From positions 2,766,796 through 2,830,795 of the forward strand of contig OZ243123.1 in assembly GCA_965212505.1 (NCBI GenBank): DNA of 64,000 bases, written 5' to 3'. Of the stretch, positions 1 through 9,955 are shown piece by piece. A program made the translations under genes and the position numbers. How positions within the stretch are numbered: the first letter of the stretch is position 1; every line of letters begins with the position of its first letter. The notes under the pieces were generated by a model. The model did no database searches. It was not told the origin of the DNA and worked only from the letters and a program-made list of their open reading frames with translations. The DNA comes from Candidatus Multivoradales bacterium. Lineage in GTDB: Bacteria > Acidobacteriota > Thermoanaerobaculia > Multivoradales > JAHEKO01.

Positions 1-146
1 CATCCAGCAACGGCCACGGCTCCGACGCCTTGACCGCTACGGCCGACCGCGGATCAGGCCCTGGAAGCCCCACGGGAAGAGGCTAGATCAGGCGCAGCCC
101 ACGTTGCAGCTTGACAGGTACGGCCGCCTAGTTAACACTGTTAACC

Positions 147-722
147 GTGCCGACCACGAAGGAGCAAATCTCGCAGACTGCCCGCAGCCTCTTTCTGGAG
201 GATGGCGTCGACGGCATTTCGATGCGCAAGATCGCGGACGAGGTCGGCGTTTCGGCGACTGCGATCTACCGCCACTACCGAAACAAAGATGAGCTCCTCG
301 ATGCGATCACCGATGCCGGTTTCGCGATCTTCAACACGTACTTGGAGCGCGCCTCGACTGAGCTCGACCCGGCCGCCCGCTTGCGGGCGATGATCGTGCA
401 CTACCTGGACTTCGCGCTCGAGCACCCCAAGGACTACGACTTCATGTTCATCATCCGGCGCCGCAACGTTCGCCAGTACTCGGACGACCTGGCGCGACGC
501 ACCAGCTCCAGCTTCAATCTCCTCGCCGATGTGGTCGAGGAGCTCATGCACCAGGGCCGCCTGGTGCTGACCAACCCAGCCGACCTGGCCCTGACGATTT
601 GGGCCCATATCCATGGCCTCGTCTCACTCTACCGAGCGGGCCGCTTCGAGCGTGAGTCGGCGGAGTTCAGACGCTTGTACGAAGCGTCGTTCCGTCATCT
701 GCTCGCTGGAATCGAGACATGA
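147..722 (+). CDS. TetR/AcrR family transcriptional regulator
   Basis: 191-aa ORF. N-terminal HTH signature GVDGISMRKIADEVGVSATAIYRHYRNKDELL is typical of TetR. The stop overlaps the start of the downstream esterase by 4 nt. Confidence 0.85.
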   Translation: MPTTKEQISQTARSLFLEDGVDGISMRKIADEVGVSATAIYRHYRNKDELLDAITDAGFAIFNTYLERASTELDPAARLRAMIVHYLDFALEHPKDYDFMFIIRRRNVRQYSDDLARRTSSSFNLLADVVEELMHQGRLVLTNPADLALTIWAHIHGLVSLYRAGRFERESAEFRRLYEASFRHLLAGIET

Positions 723-2269
723 TCCTGGGAGACCCCATGTGTAGATACCCTACCCCTCACTTCGGCATTTGCCTCGCCCTCGCCGTTCTCTTCTTTTCCG
801 TTCAACTCGTCTCCGCGGCACATCCCGCCCAAACCGGCCGCATCGACGTCCGCACAGTCGATGGGGCGTCGCTGACCGGCAACAGCCTGGGCATCGCCAC
901 CGAACGCCGCGTTTCGATCTACCTGCCGCCGAGCTACGAACAAGATTCGGAGCGGTCCTACCCGGTGCTCTACGTCCTGCACGGCATCATGGACTCGGAC
1001 ACGCACTGGACCGAGCCGTGGGCGCCCGATGCCGAGGGGTACGCGACGATCCAGGACCTCATGGACCGCGGCGTCGCCGACGGCCGGATGGCCGAGATGA
1101 TCGTGGTCATTCCGGACTCCGAGAAGACCTGCCACTACACGAACTCTCCTCTCAAAGGGAACTGGGAGGACTTCCTCCGGACCGACCTTGTGCGATTCGT
1201 CGACCGCGAGTACCGCACGCTCACGAGCGCAGCATCTCGCGGCATCGCCGGGCATTCGATGGGCGGGCACGGCGCGATCAAGCTGGGCATGAAGTACCCG
1301 GAGACCTTCAGCACCGTCTACGGGCTCAACCCCTCGCTGCTCGGTTGGGGTGGTGACGTGTCGAAAGACAACCCGACCTTCGCTGGTCTTGCGCAGATCA
1401 AGACTGCCGCGGACCTCCAAACCGCCCACTTCTATATCCAGGCGCTCGCCGGCGTCGGCCAGTGCTTTTCGCCGAATCCAGACAGCCCTTTCCAAACCGA
1501 CTTCCCCTTCGCAGTACGGGAGGGCCAACTCGTCCACTCGAGCCTGGGCTACGAGGCTTGGCAGTCCCAGATGCCGCTCTACATGATCGACAGCTACATC
1601 GAGAACCTCGAGGCCCTCCGCGGCCTGCGCTTCGACACCGCCTTCGAGGACGAGTTCACCCACATCCCGATCACCTCCCGCGCCTTCTCCCAGGCACTCG
1701 CCCGCCACGACATCGAGCATCACTTCGAGATGTACAACGGCGATCACCGCAATCGCATCTGGGGGCGTGGCGGTCGGATGGACAGCGAAGTGCTTCCCTA
1801 CTTCTCCAGGCTCCTAGCCGATGGCATCGGCGCCGGGGGAACGCAGGCCTTGCCGGACGACGCACCCCCCAGCTCTCCCTCCCCCAAGGTCCAGGCGAAG
1901 CTCTGGAAAGCAGCGATCAATGGCGATCTCGAGCTCGCTCGCAAGGCGCTCGATGCGGGCGCGGAGGTCGATGCGCTCGACACCCGGACCAGCCAGAGCG
2001 GTCGAAGGGCACTCAACTGGGCGGCGCTCGGCAATCACGTCGCCGTGATTCGACTGCTCGCCGAGCGGGGCGCCAAGATCAACCTGGCCAACAACACCGG
2101 CTTCACTCCGCTTCACCACGCCGCCGAGGCGGGCGCCTCCGAGGCGGCCCGACTGCTGATCGAGTTCGGAGCGGACCCCACCGCCGAGAACCGCTTCGGA
2201 CACACGCCGGCCGCCACCGCCGAGCACCACGGCCACGGTTCGATCACATCGCTGCTTGCTGACCGTTGA
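719..2269 (+). CDS. secreted esterase (alpha/beta hydrolase, putative-esterase family) fused to four C-terminal ankyrin repeats
   Basis: 516-aa single ORF. N-terminal signal-like hydrophobic segment. Nucleophile elbow GHSMGGHGA. C-terminal ~150 aa carries repeated ankyrin motifs: NWAALGNHVAVIRLLAERGAKIN and TPLHHAAEAGASEAARLLIEFGADP. Confidence 0.75.
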   Translation: MILGDPMCRYPTPHFGICLALAVLFFSVQLVSAAHPAQTGRIDVRTVDGASLTGNSLGIATERRVSIYLPPSYEQDSERSYPVLYVLHGIMDSDTHWTEPWAPDAEGYATIQDLMDRGVADGRMAEMIVVIPDSEKTCHYTNSPLKGNWEDFLRTDLVRFVDREYRTLTSAASRGIAGHSMGGHGAIKLGMKYPETFSTVYGLNPSLLGWGGDVSKDNPTFAGLAQIKTAADLQTAHFYIQALAGVGQCFSPNPDSPFQTDFPFAVREGQLVHSSLGYEAWQSQMPLYMIDSYIENLEALRGLRFDTAFEDEFTHIPITSRAFSQALARHDIEHHFEMYNGDHRNRIWGRGGRMDSEVLPYFSRLLADGIGAGGTQALPDDAPPSSPSPKVQAKLWKAAINGDLELARKALDAGAEVDALDTRTSQSGRRALNWAALGNHVAVIRLLAERGAKINLANNTGFTPLHHAAEAGASEAARLLIEFGADPTAENRFGHTPAATAEHHGHGSITSLLADR

Positions 2270-2756
2270 GAACGACCGCGCTCCTTGTGCGCGACGATGG
2301 CCGAGATGCGGGACGCGGCTTCCAGCTAGTCGAACTGGCCGTCCGCTCGGGCCGAGTCTCTGTGGACGATTTTTGACGCAACTACGGGAGCTCGTCTATT
2401 CGATTCCCTCGAACGGGAGTTCCTCGAATGCCCGGACGACACCACGGTGAGCCTCATCAGCATCTGGAGGCTCCTTTCTAGACTAAGCAAACGAGGGCAC
2501 TTGGGTTGCCAGCTCGTACCAGAGCGCACCCATGAATGTAGACGGAACACCGAGGCAGGAGTCGAGCTGCGCCGCCCTCGAAGCTAGGGTGTACACGCAT
2601 TTCCGGCACGCTATTCGGAAGTCGCCGACAATACAGCTCTACTCGGCATCCCGGGCGCCTAGACTACACCTTGACAGTCGTGCCTTCAGGGCGCTAGAAA
2701 GCGCTCCGGTCGTCGCTACGGTGCGACGCTCTCTCGAATTGCCGACGGAGCTTCTG

Positions 2757-3632
2757 ATGCCTAGATTCCGTTCTCTTGCCGTTCTGATTCTTCTGACCTT
2801 CGGCTGCCCTCCCACCGCGCGAGCGCAAGAGGCGACCGAGCCCACCGCGGAGGCTGTCGCCGAGCCTGAACCGTTCTGGTCCGGAGAGGCCGAGTTTTCG
2901 CTCCTGCTCAGCCGCGGCAACACCGAGGTCGAGACGCTGGCGCTCGGCGGCAAGGCGACCCGCAAGTTCGAACGCGCAAGTCTCACATTCTCGACCGGTG
3001 CGGTTCGTGCCGAAACCACGACGACAACTCGCTCGGCGGCCGGCACGCCCGACGATTTTGTTGTGAGCGAGATCAGCGAATCTACTCGTACCGCCGAGAA
3101 CTACACGCTCCAGGGCCGCTACCAGCGACAGATCTCGAACGCTTCGTTCTGGTTCACGGGCGCCACCTGGGAGCAGGATGAGTTTGCCGGCGTCGACAGC
3201 CGCCTCACCGGGGTGGCCGGCGTGGGGCGTACCTGGCGCGACGACGAAAGGCTCCGCCTCCTGACCGACGTCGGCCTGACCTTTACCGACGAGGAGGAAC
3301 TTTCCGGCCGCTCGGAGAGCTTCGCCGGAGTCCGGCTGGGATACCAGCTCTGGAAGCAGGTCACGCCCACGACCACCTTCCAAAGCGATCTCGTGCTCGA
3401 CGGCAACCTCGACGAGAGCTCGGACTACCGCGCCGACCTCAAGAACTCGCTTACGGTCACCATCAGTACCCGCCTCGCCCTCCGCCTCTCGCTGAGTATG
3501 GCCTTCGACAATCAGCCGGCGCGTGTCGAGGTACCACTCTTCGGCCTAGGCTCGGCCGAAGCGCAGACCGTGGCGGTGCCGCTCGACGACCTCGATTCGA
3601 CACTCACAGCGGCTCTCGTCGTGGGCTTCTAG
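2757..3632 (+). CDS. DUF481-like outer-membrane beta-barrel protein
   Basis: Internal ATG at 2757 gives a signal peptide (MPRFRSLAVLILLTFGCPPTARA). Alternating beta-strand-like composition with a C-terminal aromatic residue (…ALVVGF). The upstream part of the 2532 ORF is a lower-GC, non-coding-looking stretch. Confidence 0.5.
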   Translation: MPRFRSLAVLILLTFGCPPTARAQEATEPTAEAVAEPEPFWSGEAEFSLLLSRGNTEVETLALGGKATRKFERASLTFSTGAVRAETTTTTRSAAGTPDDFVVSEISESTRTAENYTLQGRYQRQISNASFWFTGATWEQDEFAGVDSRLTGVAGVGRTWRDDERLRLLTDVGLTFTDEEELSGRSESFAGVRLGYQLWKQVTPTTTFQSDLVLDGNLDESSDYRADLKNSLTVTISTRLALRLSLSMAFDNQPARVEVPLFGLGSAEAQTVAVPLDDLDSTLTAALVVGF

Positions 3633-3739
3633 GGCCCCCACTTCCTTGACACCCCTAGGGCCTCCCGGTAGCCTGCCGCGGTCATACCGGAGTTATCCAC
3701 CAGCAAAAAGGGGGCGTACGCGATGAGCCCGAGGCGCGC

Positions 3740-5305
3740 ATGAGCGGCGACTATTCCAAGGAGCGCTGGGCGACCAGAATCGGTCTGGTCCTGGCGATGG
3801 CCGGCAACGCCGTCGGCCTCGGCAACTTCCTGAGATTCCCGGTGCAGGCCGCGCAGAACGGCGGCGGCACCTTCATGATCCCCTACTTCATCTCGTTCCT
3901 CCTGCTCGGCATTCCGCTGATGTGGATCGAGTGGGGCATCGGCCGCTACGGCGGTACCAAGGGCCACTCCTCCTCGCCTGGCATGTTCCAGGCGCTGGCC
4001 GGCAAGCGGCGCAAGTGGGCCAAGTACCTCGGCGCGATCGGCCTGGTGATTCCGCTGGTCGTCTTCACCTACTACACCTATGTGGTGTCGTGGATGTTGG
4101 CGATGAGCTTCTTCAGCCTGACGGGTAGCTTCTTCGGGCTGGGCGAGGTCGACGCCATGCGCGACTACCTCGGTTCGTACCAGAACATCGCCGACTCGAG
4201 CTACGTCTCAGGCGGGGTCACGCTTGGCTTCTTCCTGATCACCTTCGCGCTCATCGCCTGGATCCTGTCGCGGGGAATCAGCGGCGGCATCGAGAAACTG
4301 GCGCTCTACGGCATGCCGATTCTGTTCGTCTTCGCCTTCGTCTTGATGGCGCGCGTCTTGACCCTGCCGGCGGCAGAGGCCTCGCCCGCCGACGGCCTGA
4401 ACTTCATCTGGAATCCCGACTGGGCGGCGCTCGGCAATGCGCGTGTCTGGCTGGCGGCCGCCGGCCAGATGTTCTTCACCCTCTCGGTCGGTATGGGCAC
4501 GATCCACTGCTACGCCTCGTACCTCCGGAAGAAGGACGACGTTGCCCTCACCGGCCTCTCGACTGCGGCAACTAACGAGTTTGCCGAAGTTGTGCTCGGC
4601 GGCACGATCGCCATCCCGGCGGCCGTCGTCTTCTTCGGAGTAACGGGCGCCACGGCGATCGCCCAGGGCGGCTCCTACGACCTCGGCATCGTGGCCATGG
4701 GGGTCGTCTTCCAAAAGCTGCCCGGCCCCGTAGTCCTCGGCAAGCTGGCCGCCTTCCTCTGGTTCTTCCTGCTGTTCATCGCCGGCGCGACCTCGAGCGT
4801 CGCCCAGGCGAGTCCAACCATCGCGTTCCTTCAGGACGAGTTCGGCTGGAAGCGCAAGAAGGCCGCGATGGCCACGGCGAGCGTCGGCTTCGGCCTGGCG
4901 CTCTTCCACGTGCTCTTCTACCGCATGGGCGTGCTCGACGAATGGGACTACTGGGCCGGCACCTTCGGCCTGGTGATCTTCGCAGCCGTGGAGATTGTCC
5001 TCTTCTCGTACATCTTCGGAATCAACAAGGGGTGGGACCAGCTTCACGAGGGCGCCGACATCAAGATTCCCGGCATCTTCAAGCCCATCATGAAGTGGGT
5101 GACACCGGCCTTCCTGTTTGTGCTGCTCGGCTGGTGGGCCGTCACGGAAGCCTGGCCGGCACTCCTGATGGAGAACGTCACCGATCCCGAGACGGTGCCC
5201 TACCGCTGGGTCAGTCGCCTGCTGATGGTCGGGCTGACCGTCGGCTTCCTACTGATGATTCGAGCCGCCTGGAGAGGGCGCGACGACGAGGGGGACACCG
5301 CATGA
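3740..5305 (+). CDS. sodium-dependent transporter, neurotransmitter:sodium symporter (NSS/SNF) family
   Basis: 521 aa with ~12 TM segments. Carries the NSS hallmark GNAVGLGNFLRFP near the N-terminus. Confidence 0.85.
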   Translation: MSGDYSKERWATRIGLVLAMAGNAVGLGNFLRFPVQAAQNGGGTFMIPYFISFLLLGIPLMWIEWGIGRYGGTKGHSSSPGMFQALAGKRRKWAKYLGAIGLVIPLVVFTYYTYVVSWMLAMSFFSLTGSFFGLGEVDAMRDYLGSYQNIADSSYVSGGVTLGFFLITFALIAWILSRGISGGIEKLALYGMPILFVFAFVLMARVLTLPAAEASPADGLNFIWNPDWAALGNARVWLAAAGQMFFTLSVGMGTIHCYASYLRKKDDVALTGLSTAATNEFAEVVLGGTIAIPAAVVFFGVTGATAIAQGGSYDLGIVAMGVVFQKLPGPVVLGKLAAFLWFFLLFIAGATSSVAQASPTIAFLQDEFGWKRKKAAMATASVGFGLALFHVLFYRMGVLDEWDYWAGTFGLVIFAAVEIVLFSYIFGINKGWDQLHEGADIKIPGIFKPIMKWVTPAFLFVLLGWWAVTEAWPALLMENVTDPETVPYRWVSRLLMVGLTVGFLLMIRAAWRGRDDEGDTA

Positions 5306-5433
5306 GTGGAGGCCTGACACCGTTTGCCACGGCGTTCATGGGAATCAGCATGACCGCAGTCACCTGCCTCGCCGGCTGGTGCATGTACCGCATCCTCAGC
5401 GGGCCGAAAAGCCCGCAAAGCGAAGACGACTAA
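5302..5433 (+). CDS. small membrane protein (43 aa), translationally coupled to the NSS transporter
   Basis: ATGA start/stop overlap with the transporter gene. Single hydrophobic helix: FATAFMGISMTAVTCLAGWCMY. Small accessory subunits commonly follow sodium:solute symporter genes. Confidence 0.3.
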   Translation: MSGGLTPFATAFMGISMTAVTCLAGWCMYRILSGPKSPQSEDD

Positions 5434-5682
5434 ACGCGTCTGGCCGGCTCGCGGCCGACTAGGCGCGACGGTCGCTGGGGGCGGTGAAATGCCACCAGAG
5501 GGACCAGGCGACCTGGCTGACGTAGGCTCGGAAGCCCCCGATTTCGCTCAGTGGCCGGCGGTCGGTAAACAGACTCATGGGAAGACCTCTACCATCTCCT
5601 AGGGTAGATACGGATTACGGACCCGAAAGGCCCGATCGAACTGCTACCCTCGCAGTCTGAGCCCTTTGCGGAGGAGGCCACA

Positions 5683-7305
5683 ATGACGCGTTTCACTACA
5701 TCCACATGTGTGCATAAGTCGGCAACGATTGCCCTGGCGGCCGTTTTGAGCCTGGCTCTCTCGCTGTCTGCCGCCGAAGTCGGCAACCTCGGACGACTCG
5801 ATTTTCCGAACTCGGGAGCCCCCGAAGCTCAGGACGCGTTCGTGCGTGGCGTCCTCCTCCTCCACAACTTCGAGTACCAGGACGCGCGCGAGGCGTTCCA
5901 GGAGGCGCAGGAGATCGACTCCGACTTCTCTCTCGCCTACTGGGGCGAGGCGATGACCCACAACGCCCCTCTCTGGCGCCGGGTCGACCAGGAAGAAGCG
6001 CGGGCGGCACTCGACAGGCTCGCTCCGACCGTCGAGGAGCGTCTCGCCAAGACTCCGACCGAGCGCGAGCGGCGCTATCTGCGCGCCTTTGAGCAGCTGC
6101 TCGGCGACGGTGAGAAGTCGGATCGTGACGCGGCCTACTCCGAGGCGATGGGCCGGCTCTCGGCGGCTCATCCCGAAGATCAAGAGGCCAAGGCCTTCTA
6201 CGCCCTGTCGATCCTGGGCACCCAGAACGGCAGTCGCGACTTTGCCACCTACATGCGGGCGGGAGCGGTGGCCGAAGAGGTCTTCGCGGCCAACCCGCGC
6301 CACCCCGGCGCCGTCCACTACATGATCCACTCGTACGACGACCCGGTGCACGCCCCACTCGGACTCCGGGCCGCGCGCGTCTACGCGGACATCTCACCCG
6401 CCGCCTCCCACGCGCAGCACATGATCTCGCACATCTTCGTGGCTCTCGGGCAGTGGGAAGAGTCCGTCGACTCGAACTGGAAGTCGTTCGAGGTGTCGCG
6501 CGAGCGCGCCGAGCGCAAAGAACTCGGCGCCGACAGTCTCAACTACCACGCGTTGCAGTGGCTCCAGTACTCGTACCTTCAGCTCGGGCGCAACGACGAC
6601 GCCCGCGGACTCCTCGATCAGATGCAGGGCTACGTCACCGAGAGCGGCTCCGACCGCGCCCGCTGGTACCACGCCTACATGCGCGCCGCCTGGGTCGTCG
6701 AGACCGGCCGCGACGCTCCGGGCGGCTTCGGCGCGGAGAGCCCGGAGTTCCCCGCTCAGGCGCTCGACCACTTCGCCTCCGGCTACGCCGCCCTCGAAGC
6801 GGGCGACCTCGAGACGGCGGCAGCCGCCTACCAGTTGCTCTCCGCCACGGCGGACGAGATCCAACTGGACGACGAGGAGTCCTCGAGGTCAAAGACCGAG
6901 GCGCGGGTGATGGAAAAGAGCCTCCGCGCTCGGATCGAGCTCGCCGAGGGGAACGCCGAAGTGGCTCTGGCGCTCCTCTCCGAAGCCTCCGAGGCGGAGG
7001 CGGCGCTGCCACTCGACTTTGGGCCACCAGGCATCGTCAAACCGTCTCATGAGCTCTACGGTGAGGCGCTACTGGCCCAGCAGCGGCCCGAGGAGGCGCG
7101 TGCTCAGTTCGAGACCGCGCTCGCTCGCGCTCCACGCCGTTCTCAGTCGCTGTCCGGCCGCGCCGCAGCAGCAAGTGCACTCGGCGACGACCAGACGGTC
7201 GAACGGGCCTGCAGCGAACTCGCTTCGATCCGAGCCGGCACGGGCGATGGCCCCCCGAGCGCCTGTGACGGCGTCGGCGACGACCAGAGCATCGGCACAC
7301 CGTAG
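5683..7305 (+). CDS. secreted helical-repeat (TPR-like) protein of unknown function
   Basis: 540 aa. Signal peptide: IALAAVLSLALSLSAAEV. Helical repeat composition (FQEAQEIDSDFSLAYWGEAMTH…), Ala/Glu-rich C-terminus. Confidence 0.5.
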   Translation: MTRFTTSTCVHKSATIALAAVLSLALSLSAAEVGNLGRLDFPNSGAPEAQDAFVRGVLLLHNFEYQDAREAFQEAQEIDSDFSLAYWGEAMTHNAPLWRRVDQEEARAALDRLAPTVEERLAKTPTERERRYLRAFEQLLGDGEKSDRDAAYSEAMGRLSAAHPEDQEAKAFYALSILGTQNGSRDFATYMRAGAVAEEVFAANPRHPGAVHYMIHSYDDPVHAPLGLRAARVYADISPAASHAQHMISHIFVALGQWEESVDSNWKSFEVSRERAERKELGADSLNYHALQWLQYSYLQLGRNDDARGLLDQMQGYVTESGSDRARWYHAYMRAAWVVETGRDAPGGFGAESPEFPAQALDHFASGYAALEAGDLETAAAAYQLLSATADEIQLDDEESSRSKTEARVMEKSLRARIELAEGNAEVALALLSEASEAEAALPLDFGPPGIVKPSHELYGEALLAQQRPEEARAQFETALARAPRRSQSLSGRAAAASALGDDQTVERACSELASIRAGTGDGPPSACDGVGDDQSIGTP

Positions 7306-7501
7306 CGATCGAAAGCGGCTCTCGGCAGCTACATCGCGCCTCACGGGTGGAGGCGTTTCGACGACTCGTCCTTGAGACTTGGGGAGGTCCCGTGGGCAGC
7401 GGAGACGTCGGCGAGGGCCTACCGGAGCGACCGGCCCGGGTCGAGCGATGCGGTACGATCGCTGGAAATCCAAAGTTCAACACCTGCAAGGGAGGTCCGC
7501 G

Positions 7502-8398
7502 ATGCCGCTCTACGCCTTTGACGGGACCTGGAATCGGGACAAACCGGGCACCGATCGAGACACCAACGTAGTCTGGTTCTGCCGCGCCTACCAGGGGCGT
7601 AGCTACTACAAGACGGGCGTCGGCACCCGCTTCGGCAAACTGGGACGGATCGTCGGCGGGCTCACCGGCAAGGGTGGACGCAGTCGCGTCAAAGCGGCCC
7701 GCAAGAACCTCGCGTCGTGCTTCAAGCGGGGCGAGACGACGATCGACATCGTCGGCTTCAGCCGCGGCGCCGCACTGGCCCTCCACTTCGCGAACAAAAT
7801 CGAAGCGAAGGGGGTCGAAACTCCCGACGGCACCGTCTTCCCCAGAATCCGGTTCCTCGGCCTCTGGGACGTCGTCCCCTCCTTCGGCGCACCGAGTATT
7901 CCGCTCAACATCGGCTGGGACCTCGACCTGCCCGACAACGTCGACCGCTGCTGTCACGCCATGTCCCTCGACGAGCGGCGACACATGTTCAAGCTGCGCC
8001 GACTCGAGTCCCGCATCGAAAGTGTGAACGTGAACGACCCGCTCGATGAGGTCTGGTTCCGCGGCGTCCACTCGGACATCGGCGGCGGCAACCGGAACCC
8101 CGGCCTCTCGAGCCTGACCCTCGATTGGATGTTCGCCAATGCCAAGGCCGCCGGATTGCCGATCGACAGCCGGGTGGTGACCGAGAATCGGCAGCGCCGC
8201 AAGCCGACCAGCGGCATTTCGATCCACTCGCACGACCCGGTCAAACAGAAGTTCCGGCGCCTACGATCGACGGACTTCTGTCACGAATCCGTCGACTTTC
8301 GGAAGGACACCAAGAAACGCCAGCACAACAATCCTCCCGAGGGCCTCGCGGTGGTCAGCAACACGGGTCGCCGCCTGCGGGGCTTTCGGCGAGCCTGA
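7502..8398 (+). CDS. DUF2235 alpha/beta hydrolase (T6SS Tle1 phospholipase-like fold)
   Basis: Start placed at ATG 7502, preceded by GGGAGG. Shows the DUF2235 N-terminus pattern (LYAFDGTWNRDKP). GxSxG elbow: GFSRGAALA. Ends with the conserved VWFRGVHSDIGGG motif. Confidence 0.7.
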   Translation: MPLYAFDGTWNRDKPGTDRDTNVVWFCRAYQGRSYYKTGVGTRFGKLGRIVGGLTGKGGRSRVKAARKNLASCFKRGETTIDIVGFSRGAALALHFANKIEAKGVETPDGTVFPRIRFLGLWDVVPSFGAPSIPLNIGWDLDLPDNVDRCCHAMSLDERRHMFKLRRLESRIESVNVNDPLDEVWFRGVHSDIGGGNRNPGLSSLTLDWMFANAKAAGLPIDSRVVTENRQRRKPTSGISIHSHDPVKQKFRRLRSTDFCHESVDFRKDTKKRQHNNPPEGLAVVSNTGRRLRGFRRA

Positions 8399-8489
8399 GC
8401 TCACGACTCCGGCGGTCGCGCTGACCGGCGCGCGCGTCAATCCCGAGAGGGGGGACGGGTCCACCCCGACCTGGGAGTAGCTCCCCGAC

Positions 8490-9149
8490 CTAGAGGCCGT
8501 TCAGGAAGCGCCCGGCGGCCCGATTGAATTCGCCGGTGAACTCGTGCCCGCCTTGGAAGAGGCAGCTCTGCGGCTCGACTCCGGCAGCCTCCAGAAGGTC
8601 CAGGTCGCGCTGGAGTTTGTTGGCGTCGTACCAAGTGTCCTCGTCGCCGCGACCGATCAGGACTCGGGGAAACCCGTCGAGACCTCCCGCGAGAATCTCG
8701 CTCGGCACGTCGCCACCAAGCGCGACCAGACCCGCGAAGTCGTGCCCGGAGCTGGCGGCGGCTCGGTAGGCCATCGCCGTCCCCTGGGAGAACCCGAAGA
8801 GCGCAACGGTCTCGTTGACGTCCAGGTTTCGCTTGGCATCGGCGATCGCAGCGCTGACGTAGCGGATGTTGTCGGCGATCGCCAGATCGCGGTCCTGTCG
8901 AGTCATCCAACTCGCGCCCAACTCTGCTCCCCGTGCGCGGTAGAACGGGTGGAGCCCCTGAATGGCGACCAGGTGCCAGTGGACTAGGCCTGGCAGCTCG
9001 AGCAGCGCGTCGAGGTGCTCTTCCGCGGTCTGCGCGTAGCCGTGGAAGCCGACCAGGAGCGGCGCCGAGCCCTCCGAGTCGGCAGCTCGAATCAGATAGC
9101 GACCGTGAACCTGCGCTTCGAGGTGATGTACTTCGAATGATCCGGCCAT
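8490..9149 (-). CDS. phospholipase/carboxylesterase family alpha/beta hydrolase
   Basis: 219 aa. GFSQG nucleophile motif, the LVGFHGYA pattern, and a late GGHEF histidine, all typical of the PF02230 family. Lies immediately downstream of trpA on the same strand. Confidence 0.75.
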   Translation of the reverse strand: MAGSFEVHHLEAQVHGRYLIRAADSEGSAPLLVGFHGYAQTAEEHLDALLELPGLVHWHLVAIQGLHPFYRARGAELGASWMTRQDRDLAIADNIRYVSAAIADAKRNLDVNETVALFGFSQGTAMAYRAAASSGHDFAGLVALGGDVPSEILAGGLDGFPRVLIGRGDEDTWYDANKLQRDLDLLEAAGVEPQSCLFQGGHEFTGEFNRAAGRFLNGL

Positions 9150-9160
9150 CGTCCTCCTCC

Positions 9161-9955
9161 TCAGCGGAGCGCGGCTGCCAGGCGCCGCACCTCGGTCGCC
9201 ATCTTCTCCGGAAGCGAGGGGTCGTCCGGGTGCTCTTCCACGAGACGCACCAGGGCGCTGCCGACCACCACGCCGTCGGCGACCCGAGCGACCTGGGCGA
9301 CCTGTTCAGGGGTAGAGATCCCGAAGCCGACAGCGAGCGGCAACGAGAGCCTTCGCCGCAACCGCTTCGCCTCCTTGAGCAACTGCTTGGGAAGTTCCTG
9401 TCGCGCACCGGTCACACCGGTCCGCGAAACGTAGTACACGAACCCGCTCGAGGCGCCGGCCACGCTGCGGACCCGCCGTCGATCGCTGGTTGGCGCGAGC
9501 AGGAAGACGGTGTCGATCCCCTTCTCACGCATCGTGGGGAGGAGCTCTCCCGCCTCTTCGGGCGGTAGGTCGACGCAGAGGATCCCATCAACCCCCGACG
9601 CTGCAGCGCGCTCCGCGAAACGGTCGATGCCCGCGGCGAGAATCGGGTTGAAGTAGGTGAACAGGATCATCGGCACTCCGAGCCGGTCCCGATGGCGTGC
9701 GACCAGGTCCAACACGCTCGAAAGGCTCGCTCCGGCGGCCAGGGCTCGCGTCGCCGCGCGCTGATTCACCGGGCCGTCGGCGATCGGATCGCTGAAGGGC
9801 ACTCCGATCTCGATCAGATCCGCCCCGCCGGCAGCGAGCGCTTCGAGCAGCTGGCCGCTGACCTCGGCGTTCGGATCCCCACCGGTCAGGTACGGGATGA
9901 AGGCGGCTCGCTTCTCCTTCCGGCAACGTTCGAAGACCTTTGCGATCGAGCTCAC
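9161..9955 (-). CDS. trpA: tryptophan synthase alpha subunit
   Basis: 264 aa. N-terminus [10 protein letters not shown]…[16 protein letters not shown] matches the TrpA signature. 4-nt overlap with trpB. Confidence 0.9.
   Translation of the reverse strand: MSSIAKVFERCRKEKRAAFIPYLTGGDPNAEVSGQLLEALAAGGADLIEIGVPFSDPIADGPVNQRAATRALAAGASLSSVLDLVARHRDRLGVPMILFTYFNPILAAGIDRFAERAAASGVDGILCVDLPPEEAGELLPTMREKGIDTVFLLAPTSDRRRVRSVAGASSGFVYYVSRTGVTGARQELPKQLLKEAKRLRRRLSLPLAVGFGISTPEQVAQVARVADGVVVGSALVRLVEEHPDDPSLPEKMATEVRRLAAALR

Noticed and set aside
2385-2420. tRNA-like T-loop motif (TATTCGATTCC)
   Set aside because: The flanking sequence cannot form a T-stem, acceptor stem or anticodon arm on either strand. 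No tRNA call.
8437-9408. 323-aa minus-strand ORF rich in Arg/Ser/Pro overlapping the carboxylesterase and trpA genes
   Set aside because: Low-complexity, Arg-rich translation typical of an out-of-frame read in high-GC DNA. The overlapping frames encode well-conserved proteins.
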